Assembly (NCBI GenBank): GCA_013239625.1
Contig: MU057357.1
Coordinates: forward strand, 248,001 to 312,000
DNA length: 64,000 nt
Origin: Lama guanicoe
Taxonomy: Eukaryota
Direction of reading: 5' to 3'
Shown: piece by piece, positions 37,055-49,362 of the stretch
Layout: each line of letters begins with the position of its first letter
How positions within the stretch are numbered: the first letter of the stretch is position 1
The notes under the pieces: model-generated
Database searches by the model: none
What the model was told of the DNA's origin: nothing
The model's input: only the letters and a program-made list of their open reading frames with translations
Made by a program: the position numbers and the translations under genes

Positions 37055-38553
37055 CTGTTTACAGAAGCACAGCAAATGAAGAGAAAAACACTCGAGTCAG
37101 ACTTCTATAAAACTTCAGCTGAGCAGTTTCCCCAAACACTCATATTTAAAGAATTATCTGAGTTTTCTTGCCCATTTTTCCCACCCTTCATTTTCCCCTA
37201 AAAAAGTCAAACCAAAGTTAATAAACATATTAAATTGTTAAACAAACAAACAAAAAAAGACGACCATGCAGCATCTGTAATGGTGTAGCTTTAAACATCA
37301 GATTAAACACACTGAATATGAACGAAGAACTTGAAGAGGGGAGAGAACTACAGCAAAGAGCATATTCAACCCCCAGCTCTGGAGATGCAGCGCTCTTCAT
37401 TTAGCGTGAGGATTCCAGTTCAGCACACCAAACCTCTAACAAGCACCACTGCACTGCAGCTTACGGGTGCCCGGAAGAGTAAGAGAACTCTGGTACACAG
37501 GTGCCAAAGTTCACATGCGTGAATCGGAAGTGATTCCATGAAAATGTCATTTCAAACACATCACAAACACAATGAAGTAATCTGAGTTTACGACGACTAA
37601 ATTTAGAGACGAATTAAAGTTTCAGAAAGCTAACGAAAGCATTTTGATTACTGAGTTATATTAAAGCATGGGCTTTCTAACTCAAGGACTTAAACATGAA
37701 ACTACTCCCAATTCTGTGAATACAATGAAAAGGCGAGGATACTTCTTAAATTATTCAGATGGATGTTAAACCATTTTGGGGTTTCTCAATGACAGTAATC
37801 TTAGTAATTCTTTCACATGAGCTGAGATTCATAATGTCTTTGGCACCACTGACAGTGCCTCCAAAAAGCTGAACACACTTGAATAGAGCAATTTTACAGC
37901 TCTAACCTCAAACTCTTACTTTTAGTACAGTCAGAGATCTGTTTGATATTAGAGCGTGACCAGCCACACAAGGTGTTGATATATGGACTTGGCATCTGGT
38001 TTGTTACAGGAAGAGGACTATGGGACGTGTGCTCAGTAACTTGCCTCAGTGTCAGGGAAACACACCTCACACTAAACCTCATCCTTGGTATTATGTCCAG
38101 AACGATGAAAGTGGAGCAGACAGCGAACAACTGAAAAGATAAACTCTTTAATTTCAATTTGTATAATCTTTCCTAACTTAACATGTATTTGTTTGGAAAT
38201 CATAAAATAAGTGGGATAATGTTTGAAAGGATAGCTGTCATCTAATATTATTCCAGGAGTCCCAGAATATAACAACAAAATCTTCTCCACAATCTTGTCA
38301 ACAACTCTGAATGTCTTTATGATCCCAAAGCAAGAAGTACAATAAATATGAAAACCATGTTTTCAAACGACTATTTAAAAGAGAAAGATCTAAGCCAAAT
38401 CTTGGCATACTGAGAAATTAATCTGTCAGGGCTGACTCACCATAGGAATTAGGCCTAATGGTGTCAAGATAAAAGCAAATTTTCAGACGCAGGCTTCATG
38501 GATGGTTACCCTAAATGTCTGTCCAGAGACTAAGAATCTCCTGGCATGCATCC

Positions 38554-38597
<44 letters not shown>
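38554..38597 (+). repeat. (CTAT)11 tetranucleotide microsatellite
   Basis: Perfect repeat counted directly. Confidence 0.95.
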
Positions 38598-38600
<3 letters not shown>

Positions 38601-41240
38601 ATCAACATCAATACACATAGCTTATCAACTGACCCATGTACTTGGCAAAGCCCACACTAGGTAGCCAAGAAGAGTAAAAGAATCAGTTCATCTGGGACTC
38701 AAAGTCTAAGTACTGGCCTTGCACTCAGAATTCTCTCTAGGCAGCACAAGAAAACTCTGAAGCTGTTGTTCTTTGTGAGAAAGCAGACTGAATTCATGTT
38801 AGAAGAGTGTCACCAGAGGTAGGAATAAAACGGCTCGTTCTGCGTCAACATAAACAGGCAATCCATCTCTCACTCTTGACAGCGGTGCCAACAAACCTGG
38901 CTAATTTACTTCAGCAAGCTTTAAAAGACTCATCAGTAGAGTATCTATTGATATAATTAATTAAACTTTTTGTCTTCCTATTTTAGGGCTTAAATTGAAA
39001 ACTTCACATATTTTGTATTTACAAAGATGTTAAAGTCTGTAATGATCAATATTTAGAATTATAATCTTTGAGCACCAATGTCGGCAAACTGAACCAAAGT
39101 CCACGAAAAAAGTTTAACGGATTTTTGCCCTATAAATTTAAAAGGAAAGAAAGCCTCCTTTGCTAGAATTCACTTTGTCAGAAATAAGCATTAGGAATTA
39201 AGTTCTAAAAGTACAAGTACTTCCTGTCCATACAAAGGAAATCAGGTCGTCACACACAAACTACTTTCAGATTAACTGCTAAGAATTCTTCAGATGGAAT
39301 GTGCAGTAAACTGAGTTTTAAAAACAATCTATAAGACCACTTTCAATTCTAAGATTCTATAATCATATAAAATTGGAGTATGTTAATATATGACATAAAC
39401 CCTACATGGTCCTCAATTGTAGCTTAAGAAGAAAAAAATTTATGTAGAAAGATAAAAGTTAAATTAAGTCTTCATCAATACTAGCAAAGATTATTTCATC
39501 AAAGACTAGCATCAAAAACATATTTGGGTTTTGGGTTGTTTCTCAAAAGAAATTAAAGTTTCAAAGATTAGTAAGAAATTTAACTTTTCATTAAATTATA
39601 TGGCAATCTTTCATAAATAGCAAAAACAGAGTAGGAAGTATTTTATACACTGATGACCACTTTGGGCAGCATATGTATAGATTAAATGCCCTTGACCTTT
39701 AATATTTATTTCTATCTATAGGTAAGTTGAATGATTAAATCATAAGATAACCATGGTTACCCTAATTAGAAGAAATACTCTAGCAATTCTTTCCTTTTCA
39801 AAGCTTTAAGCAGTCTTGAAAATATTTTTTACAAACAAACAAATTTAAGAACAAAAAAGAATAAACCCAATTTTGGCAATCAGTCTGCTGCTGGCTGAGA
39901 TGCCCAGCACGGCATCAACTGTGGTGGGAAATAGGGTTTTTAGAGCTGAGTCTCATCTCTGTCCACTCATCCACCCAACCAAAGTGGAATGAATTTTTGT
40001 TTTTTGTTTGACATATGAACTATTATGAAAAATAAAAAAGTAAACATATTGCAAAGGCACTGAGATTATTTAAGCAAACATTATAATATTAGTAATTAAA
40101 TAAAAATGCATGTTGATAAATTGATCCTAGTAATGTTACAAAACATCAAAAACTCAATTTTACCTTTTTCTTTTATAAAAGATTAGGACACTTGGAAGAA
40201 AAGCACTTATGTTTACCATGTTATTTCATTAGCAACAGCTCTCTCTCATGCTTACATGAAATCTTACTGAATGAGCGTTGAGTAAACAACACTAGCCAAC
40301 GTGAGAACTCAAATTTAAATGAAAATTTACTCGGCATAACTATGTCATTATTACAACGTAAGTGCAGATTTAAACACCTCTTTCCCTATGGGTTTTCATA
40401 GGAATAGTGTTTCTCAAACTGTGAGGATAATCTCTTTGGTAAGGCTCCAGCCTTTTCCAAAAATACAGTAAAGGTCAAACAGTAAAAAAGTGGACAAAAA
40501 ATTTTCACTGAAACACAAGTTTTGTACCATTTCTCTTGAAATTTTAAATAGAAAGCTTTCATTTGTTGCCACAAAGGCCATTCGCTAGTTCTCAGAAGCA
40601 TAAAAAGAGAATCAGAGTAAGAGAAAAATCATTGGTTGCCAGACTGACTCCTGTGGCGTAAGAACTCCACTGGCTGCTCAATTCCTACACTGCTCGCCAA
40701 AGTGCCCCACCCACCTCGAGGGGCCAGTCACTCCTACACCTCATTTTATCACACTTACAGAAACAGTGGGTTTAATGATCTCAAAATATAATCTTCCAAA
40801 GCTTAATTTTAATCTATGGAATTAAAAAAAAAACTTAAATGATAAACTACACTTAAGACTCCTTCCTCGTTCATTCTGGGTCATAATAAACAAGAAAAGA
40901 TAACATGCTAAAATTTTTAAAAAGTCGGGGATCACTGCACCTGGTTCAACTGAATCTACCGAGGACTAGTATGCCAACCAAAGCAAAATGAAGAAAATGG
41001 AAAAGGAAGTTTGGTCCTTATGTGTAAATCATTCCATCTTGCTTTCACCATTATACCCCAGATCATACATAACTTCCTTAGTCAGTCTGGTTATTTTTTT
41101 TTCTTAACAAAATGTGTGATGACAGCTTGAGAAATCCTGAAACAGAGGTACTAAAAGCCAAACAGTAAGAGAATTAGGGCATTATATGCCAGTTACCTGG
41201 TGAAACATTAGTACAACATAAGCCTGCAAAATTAAAACTC

Positions 41241-41380
41241 NNNNNNNNNNNNNNNNNNNNNNNNNNNNNNNNNNNNNNNNNNNNNNNNNNNNNNNNNNNN
41301 NNNNNNNNNNNNNNNNNNNNNNNNNNNNNNNNNNNNNNNNNNNNNNNNNNNNNNNNNNNNNNNNNNNNNNNNNNNNNNNN
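41241..41380. other. N-gap (140 nt), probably containing the MFF 75-nt cassette exon (human WHRSDSAPRNK...)
   Basis: That exon is not found elsewhere. The gap lies between the flanking exons, and a pyrimidine tract precedes it on the minus strand. Inference. Confidence 0.6.
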
Positions 41381-43872
41381 TCAGCTTTTATAACGCAAAG
41401 AAAAAGCTAAATAGGAACGATTCTACTAGTCAATCATTTTGTGTCAGTAGCTGACAATAATTCTGTTGTCTCTTGAAAGTGATTAAGAAAACAAAGGCCA
41501 GTGCTTCTGCTCCGATACCCACATGCACCTCTATTCTTAAAGCCCAGGAATAAAATATGTGGAGGCAGACAGAGGTTCATGCACAATGTCACACAATTAA
41601 TCTCAAATAACAAAGAAAAGACTGAAGTAGGTAAAGACAGGAAGAGTCTACAAATTACTCTGGTAGAGGCAAAATAAAGTTGCATTGTATTAATAGTTTC
41701 TTCCTTAACACATTACCAACATTATATATAATTTGCTCATTATGTAAAAATTTTAAGGTTAATTAAATGTAGACTCTTAAAGATGAATACAATCATGTTA
41801 TTAAGACAATGGAAAAGAAAGTGAAAGGTTACATTATTAATAAAAAGATGGTTAAGTATCTTACCGTGACATGGTAAGATACATAACTACTAACACAAAA
41901 AGTATGGTAAAGTAATGTAAGCATTTCACTGTGAAAAGGTATAGTTAAATATTCATGATATTTTTACTTACAAAAATTAAAACGTGATACTGTTTTATTA
42001 AACAACTAGAAAATGACATTAAAGCAACTTAAAGAAAAATCAAATACTAGTTACCTTTGTTAATCTTTTCTGTTATGAGGAACTTACATTATTGGTAACT
42101 GCTTAAGTATCTATGAACTAATCATTTACTCTCTACTTCCCTGGGCTGCTTTTCATACGTGACAGACTGTTTCCCTTCTCTTCAACTGAACTCAGCTCTC
42201 AGTAACATACACTTTGTGAGGAAAAAGCAAAACTGAGGCTACAGTGAAACAGCCCTGGTTTTTATTTCACTATTGGTAAATTTCAAAGTAAGTAAGGCCC
42301 TAAATAAACTATATATTTCTATAATAGAAGAGCTTTAGTTGCCTTAAAAAAAATTACAAATCGAAAGAAACGAAAGGCCTTAGGTGTATGTTTAATCACT
42401 CTGAGAGGGGAACTAAATATCAAGGAGCTACCTTTACCATAAACTATGCAGCCTTTTCACCACTTGTGTGATATATTTGGAAATATCCATGGGCCAGCTG
42501 ATATCACTGCCAGCCAGGTACCTCCGGGAAACGTATCATTATCATTAAAAAATTCATATTAATAATGGTTGAACCTTTCAGATGTGCCTTCCCTGAGGAG
42601 ATATATATTCTTTTAAAGTTACTATATCCCTATATAACTCTTCAGAGTAACTGTAACTACTTTAGGAGACGTTTCTAGATTCCCCAAGAAATCAGAGCAG
42701 TTGACAGTTCTTTGCATCTAACACAAAAAAAGACCCCATCCCCATCAAAGCCCCTTCTGCATCTCTATACTCTTTAGTCAAGTCCAAATTAGAACTTGAT
42801 GTGGTTTAACATAAATGGCTTAACTGTATTGTGCTTAAGTTACTTTGTATATACATTTAAACATTTTGCTTTTATCTAGATTTGTAAGCTTTGTGAGGGA
42901 CGTACCTTCTTCTGATTCTCTGGAAATTCCCAGAGAAGCTAACATGATGCTTGATATCAAATATGGTTCATGATAAATGAGCTCGTGAAAAGTGACTGAA
43001 AACTTAATAAGGAGAAACGTTCATTTACATAAACAATCTAAACCATCTATTTAAAAAGTTACAATCACCAATGGCTTTGAGACTTAAAATTCTGACTGTT
43101 TTAAAAGGGGTATTTTATTATTAAAGACCCATTAATTTTAATAAAACAACAAAAAGCACTTGCCCAATTTAAAATATCTTATAGTGGGGTAGCTTTAAGA
43201 TCAGGGTATGATAATATAACCAAATGAGAAAGAAAGGTTTACACAAACAGTCCTTTAAACAACGTACTTAACTTTTCGGAAAATGAAAGGCATCTAAGAA
43301 TTCAATGACTCAGTAGGCAGAGAGCTGAAAACTAATCCTGTTCACACGAGTCATTAGAAGCAGAGCTGCAGAGGGCTAGATGTTTGACAATCGTATGACA
43401 AATTGAGTAACTTGAAAATAAGTATGTTTCCTTAATAAAGTCTCTTCCTTTTTTTCCCCCAACCTACATGTTAGATAAACACTTTTGAAGGCTGCACAGA
43501 ACTGAGCATTTACATTTATCAATTTTTCTTAAGCATATTTTAAAGGAGGTCCTTTAAAATAAGCAAGTCATACTTACAGAAGACTACCATACACACAGAA
43601 GAGGATAACAGTACTGAAAAATTCTCACAGCTAACAAAATGGTCAGATTTTAAGGCCATGTAGAGTGTAAAATAAAAAACTGATGTAAATGTTATTCATA
43701 ATGTAAATTATTTTTTTCTTTAGTTTCTTAGGCATAAAACATATACACATTTCCTCCTTTTTCTGAATATTCGGGGATTAAAAAAAGACTTAAATTATTT
43801 AGAAAAGGATGTGACAGACAGTATGTGGAGAAAACTTATGAAGGAGACACAACACTTAGTGGTTCTACTCAC

Positions 43873-43961
43873 ATGGAGTCAGTTCTGACCAGCTGTCCGT
43901 TTTGGCGAACAGCATTTTCACTCATAGAGCGCTCTCTTTTTAGCCTGCCAACTGCACGGAT
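43873..43961 (-). CDS. MFF: MFF 89-nt exon with the AMPK sites (human S155, S172 equivalents)
   Basis: tagcag|ATC...TCC AT|gtgagt; IRAVGRLKRERSMSENAVRQNGQLVRTDS. Confidence 0.96.
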
Positions 43962-46013
43962 CTGCTAGGCACAAAGAAAGGGAAAGGAAGAGAAAATATT
44001 CTTAGTAGCCTAGTAGCTGCTTAGCATCAGAAGAATCTTAATCCAAGGCTATTCACAAAATTTAAAAAGAACATAACCAGGAATTGCCGCCAGGTATGCA
44101 TATTAGACATGTTTTAAAAACCCTACTTAGTATAGTGCAGACAAATTTACAAATGCTATCTTCTTCAAGAAAAAAATTAATTCCTGTTTAAGTATTAATC
44201 TTACTTGGTACAATTATTGATATTTCTATTACAATTTATACTATACACTTATATTATTTAAGAACAATTTACAACAGTTTTTAAAGACACACATACTACA
44301 GGAATAAACGTTCCTGGCTTCTGAGTTTAAAAACAAATTCAGAAGGTTGGATATTTGCTAACTAGACAGAAAAAAGTCTTAACTAGCTTAAAGGTCTTGG
44401 CATTCTAGAAACAGCCACAATCTTCCATCTCACATGCTCTTCTCAGAAAAATGTTATCATTGACCTCTTTCCATTAAGAGATGGAATCTATGCTTCCTTC
44501 CCTCGAAATTGGGTGGGTGATCCCTCCTGCAGATGATGCAATGTGACTTCTGATGTTAGGTCATGAACAATAAGGCTTCTGCCTTTCCCCTTTCTCCCGG
44601 GGGGAGCTATTTGTGTTTGGAACAATGACACCACTGGAACCCCTTTTTGGTCGGGGGAGGTAGGTCTAGCGTCACAGTCTCTTCTTCCTCATTCACACTG
44701 CCTAAGAACACGGAGAACTGTCATGATTTGGGCATCTCAGCATATGCTGTACAATGATTACGACAGAGTACAGGATTTGGGGGAATCTCACTTGAGTATT
44801 CTGAGTAGCATCTGAATGAATCACCCATGTTATCAGCACTCAGGGCCTTATTTCAACCCATTTCCTAGAAGCTACTAGATCTAATTCTTCCCCTTTTCTC
44901 CTCTGCTCATGAGCTGATTGCCTCTTGAGGGCCACGTGATCCTTCTACGGACTGGAACACAGATCATCTTTGCTTTCTTCGTATCAGGCAGAACCCTCAC
45001 TCCAAGACGATATTATTCACAGCTCTTACAGTCTTCCCCCCACCCATACCACTGTGAAGAAACTGTCTCACTGCATAGTGTCTTACACAAAAGCTCAAAA
45101 AATGTCTGATAAATAAATATAATTCTGCAAGTACCTTAGTGTCTTTTCATTATGTGAATACTCAAATTTAGTACTTTTCACCAAGTAAATACCTAGAATG
45201 CCTACACTGGCATCTATGAGTGGATTATCTCAGTCACTCCAGCAGAAACTTCCAACCTAAGAAAAGGCTGTACCTAGTGCTAGGAAACTGCACTCCCCTA
45301 GGATACACGGGTGATTTACCCTCTTAGGAAAGGCATATATGACAAATGAAAGGCAGTCTCATTATCAGTAAAAACATATCTTTGCACATTGTCTTATATT
45401 AGCCCCATGACAAAACAGGAATTCACAACTTCTAATGAGTAAGTTGCAACTACAGAAATCACAGAAAAGAAGTTTTACAAGATTGGCTCTGAATCAACAG
45501 CAAAGGCAAGATCTGAACTTAGCTAGTAATGTCTCATTAGTCCACATACCGTCACATATAGGCAGTAACAAACTCAGTAGAAACTTTTCAGCAATCGGGG
45601 AGGAACAAGTAGTGTTAAGGGAAAAAAGAGCTTTCTTTGCCCTGTTTGCCAGATTGCTTTTATAACAAAGTGATGCATCAGTTTTTTTTCCACGCTAAAC
45701 TTCCCAAATTGTCCTGTACTGCTTAAAGTGTAACTCCTAGCCATAAAAGCTCTCCTTTCAAGACTACATGAATGTTAATGATTTCCACAGAATTGTCCAT
45801 TTTCCTGAAATACAATATTTACATTAAAAAAATTGTACAGTGTCTGATCTGGGGTATCTGTAAGCCAAAATTTATAGTAATCAATGGTCCACGCAGGAGG
45901 ATTTCATTACATATGGCTAGTAATATGATTTATACAGCCTTTTAACTCCTCTTCAACTTTTGCTTTGTCTATGTTATTTCAGATCCAGTTGATGTTAGAA
46001 CTCTAGTACTTAC

Positions 46014-46183
46014 TTCCTCATTTTGAGGGGTTGGAAGAGGTCTTTCTAAATCCAGAAAATCTAGTGGTCTTTCACTTAGTGTAAGCACACGAGGTGGTGT
46101 TTTTAGTGCCAGAGGTTTAAAGGGAGTTGACTGTATAAGGTCAAGATCTGCTGGTCTTGAAAATGGAATGTCTTCGTTATTTC
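46014..46183 (-). CDS. MFF: MFF 170-nt exon
   Basis: ccccag|GA AAT...GAA|gtaagt; NNEDIPFSRPADLDLIQSTPFKPLALKTPPRVLTLSERPLDFLDLERPLPTPQNEE. Confidence 0.96.
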
Positions 46184-46244
46184 CTGGGGATAAAAAAATA
46201 AAATAAAAAGGAAAAGAGATTTTTAAAAGATACTGCTTTTATTA

Positions 46245-47000
46245 AAATGTATACCCCCTAGAAATGGCTAAAATTAAAAAGACTAACAGTACAAAATACT
46301 GGCAAGGATGTGGAGCAACTGAAACTTTCATGTGTCACTTATGGGAACAAAACAGGGTACAACCATGTCACAAAGACATGTACATGAATATTCATAGCAG
46401 CTTTATTCCTAATAGCACCAAAAAGGAAACCATCAACCAACCAGATGGCCATCAACAGGTGAATGTATAAGTAAATTGTGGTGTATCCACACAGTGGAAT
46501 ATTAAGAGTAAAATGGAATGAACAACTTAGATATAGGCAACAATATGGAAGAATCTCAAGGACATTACACTAAGCAAAAGAAGCCAGCCAATGATATACT
46601 TATCATTCCACTCATATGAGGCTCTAGGAAAGACTAATCTAGGCTTTGGTTATAAAAAGGAGATCATGGTTGTCTGGAATTGAGGGGTAGGAACTGAATG
46701 AGATGCAACAAAAGGAAATCTATTCTTTTTTTTTTTTTTTAAGCTGGGAGGTAATTAGGTTTATTTATTTAAATGGAGGTACTGGGGATTGAACCCAGTA
46801 CCTCATGCATGCTAAGTAGGTACTCTACCACTGAGCTATACTCTCCCCCGGAAAAGGAAATCTTTTGAGGATAATGAAAATGTTCTATATCTGGATTGCA
46901 GTAGAGGTTACACAGGAGTATACATTTGTCAAAAATGTATACTCATCAGGCTGTACACTTAAAAATTACACATATTTTATGTATATAAATTATACCTCAG
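46245..47000 (+). mobile_element. Old L1M fragment (end of ORF2 and 3'UTR) split by a SINE
   Basis: 'aaatggctaaaattaaaaagactaacagtacaaaatactggcaaggatgtggagcaactgaaact' and 'atattcatagcagctttattc'. Confidence 0.75.
46722..46851 (-). mobile_element. Vic-1-like SINE, long-tail form, with perfect TSD
   Basis: 12-bp TSD aaaaggaaatct at 46710-46721 and 46852-46863; tRNA-like body. Confidence 0.9.
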
Positions 47001-47157
47001 TAATTAGTTGAATTATATAAAAATACTGTCTGAAATTTCAGACTATCGTTAATGTATAAAATTTTGAAGAAAATGTAAAGTTGCATTTCCCAGCTCCTTT
47101 TCTAAGTATTCTGAAAAACCCAAAAGTTGTCATTAAAATACATAAAACGTAAAATAC

Positions 47158-47378
47158 CTGCTACAACAATTCTCTCTGGAACCTGCATGATCACACTAGC
47201 AGTTGAAACGCCTTCTTGGAATCCTTGTTCCAGGTCAGCATTTGGTGGTGCTACCTTTAATTTTTCCGGGACCCTCATTCGCTGACTAATACCTTCGGTA
47301 TATTCCATTTCATACTGAATTCGACTAATTTCCGCCATTTCAGCAGGAGTAGGAGAAGGAAATGTTGCCCCACTCACT
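47158..47378 (-). CDS. MFF: MFF 221-nt exon; main ATG at 47338 (MAEISRIQYEMEYTEGISQRMRVPEKLKVA...MQVPERIVVA), Drp1-binding repeats
   Basis: cccacag|AGTGAGT...GCAG|gtattt; 40 nt upstream plus 181 nt downstream of the ATG; R1/R2 VPEK/VPER motifs. Confidence 0.97.
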
Positions 47379-48301
47379 CTGTGGGCAAAAAATAAAGATG
47401 GGGTGACTGAGTGTTAAAATGTCAGTTTTCTCTACATAGTGAAGTCAGAAGACAATACCTTATAGAGAGCACATGGAGACTTCTCATTTGTGAGAACCAA
47501 ACACGCACAAAGGAAAAATAAAAGACTGAAGAAAACGTTTTCCTCAACATAATGCCTTCTCTTAGTAGAAACTGCACCTTGAGGATATTGCTTAGGAGCA
47601 AATTTTAAAAATTATTGTACAACCACAACACAAATGCGCACCCACCTACCCTCTCTTCCTCTCTGCATAAATAGATAGGCATGCTGCTGATAACTCAAAC
47701 ATACCTAAAATAAAACTTAAATGGAAATTTCCTAAACAATTATTTGAAGGAAAGCCGCTAAGACTTGATAAAACTGAAATCAGAAATTGCTGTCATGCAT
47801 GAAAAAATAAAACCTTTTCATGATGAAAATCAGGCTCACAAGTTAAATAATGTTAATTCTAAATTTACTAAAAAAAAGAATAGGCAACTCCCTGAAAATC
47901 ACAAAACACAAATTAAAACTTCTCTTACTGAATGTACATCTGATGACTTAGAGGAAATGAATACCAAATATAGAATATGCATTAATAAATCCTTAACGGA
48001 TGCATTCATTTTGAGGGACTGAAAGTTTCATACTATTAATTTGTAATTAATATCATATTTACATGTATGTTTTTAAAAAAACATGACATGCCTTCAAGGG
48101 GAAAGACAGTACAAATGACTGAGTAACCTTCTAAATTAGAGAAGGATCCATGCTCCAGGGAAATGCAGTAGAAAGGAAGCTGCCCCAAAATACAAAATGT
48201 TGATAAAAGTAAAGGAACATGATGAGCCTATGGAAATCAGCTTTAAAGCCACCATGTCTCAAGCCTATAACACCAGCTCAACTGAATAAAATGTCACTGA
48301 C

Positions 48302-48339
48302 CTTCCTAGTGGTGTGTCATTGCTTGTTCTTTTACTCAT
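48302..48339 (-). CDS. MFF: MFF alternative upstream coding exon (MSKRTSNDTPLGR), giving a 26-aa N-terminal extension
   Basis: ATGAGTAAAAGAACAAGCAATGACACACCACTAGGAAG|gtcagt, in frame with the next exon (RVSGATFPSPTPAEM); matches human MSKGTSSDTSLGR. Acceptor uncertain. Confidence 0.85.
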
Positions 48340-48427
48340 TTTTAACACAGTAAATACACGTCTATAAATAGCTATTAAAATACTGCTACCCTGTAGTTCA
48401 GTTTACTTTACACAACAACTCCCCTAC

Positions 48428-48567
48428 NNNNNNNNNNNNNNNNNNNNNNNNNNNNNNNNNNNNNNNNNNNNNNNNNNNNNNNNNNNNNNNNNNNNNNNNN
48501 NNNNNNNNNNNNNNNNNNNNNNNNNNNNNNNNNNNNNNNNNNNNNNNNNNNNNNNNNNNNNNNNNNN
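48428..48567. other. N-gap (140 nt)
   Basis: Run of N just upstream of the alternative N-terminal exon. Confidence 0.95.
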
Positions 48568-49250
48568 ATTTTTGGACTTCAACCAAAACTGATTTTCAAA
48601 TTTCTCCTCAAAAGAGTTATTCTATACCTCAAAAAACATAAATAATATTTTAAGCATAGTCATTGTTTAATGATTTTGCAAACAGGACAAAGAAAAACTA
48701 ACCAAATGTATGTACAAATGTGAAGTTGGATTACAAGAAAACATTTTGCCATAAAACTCCTCTAATCATTATATCATGAAAGGGAAAAAATCCATTTCTT
48801 TTTAAAACTATGTACAAATGAAGAAATCACAAAGACAATGTCAAGGGCAGAAGTAAATATATATGAGGCAGCCTAAAATTTGATGTACAAGTAATAGTTT
48901 CTTTAAAAGGAAATAACTTCGAAAGCTGTATCATCCTAAATTTTCAGCAAAGGATATTCTATACAAATAAAGTTAACAAAAAATTAAAGCCAGTATAAGT
49001 GTAAGCCATAGCTGGGGTATTTCTTAAATTCCACGTCAGAGATGTATGACACATCTTCAACTCCACCTCGCTGACATGCTTTGGAGAGTTCTTAGAAGTT
49101 GCTTAAGGTGCCAAGTCCTGACTACTGGTTAATTCTGACCACTAACTTGCACCGTTTTGTATTTACCAAAATGTGTGACTTTTAAGGATTTGGCATGCAA
49201 ATGGTTTCAAGATTAAGAAAAAAGAGCCAAAAAAGAAAATTTTTACTCAC

Positions 49251-49362
49251 AAATGTGTACCAACTACTGCTTGCTACTTGGCATTATCTGCGCCTGTGCT
49301 TCATATTAAATCCCTTAACTTGCTTCAATTTGCATGTGCTGGATTTAGACCCACTTTTGTCC
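49251..49362 (-). other. MFF: MFF 112-nt 5'UTR exon with three uORFs
   Basis: tttttctcccctag|GGACAAAAGTGG...TACACATTT|gtgagt; resembles the human MFF 5'UTR exon as I recall it. Confidence 0.85.

Noticed and set aside
40380-40455. Possible cryptic MFF exon / 71-aa ORF at 40386-40601
   Set aside because: Weak splice sites, length not frame-preserving, and no similarity to MFF isoforms I recognise.
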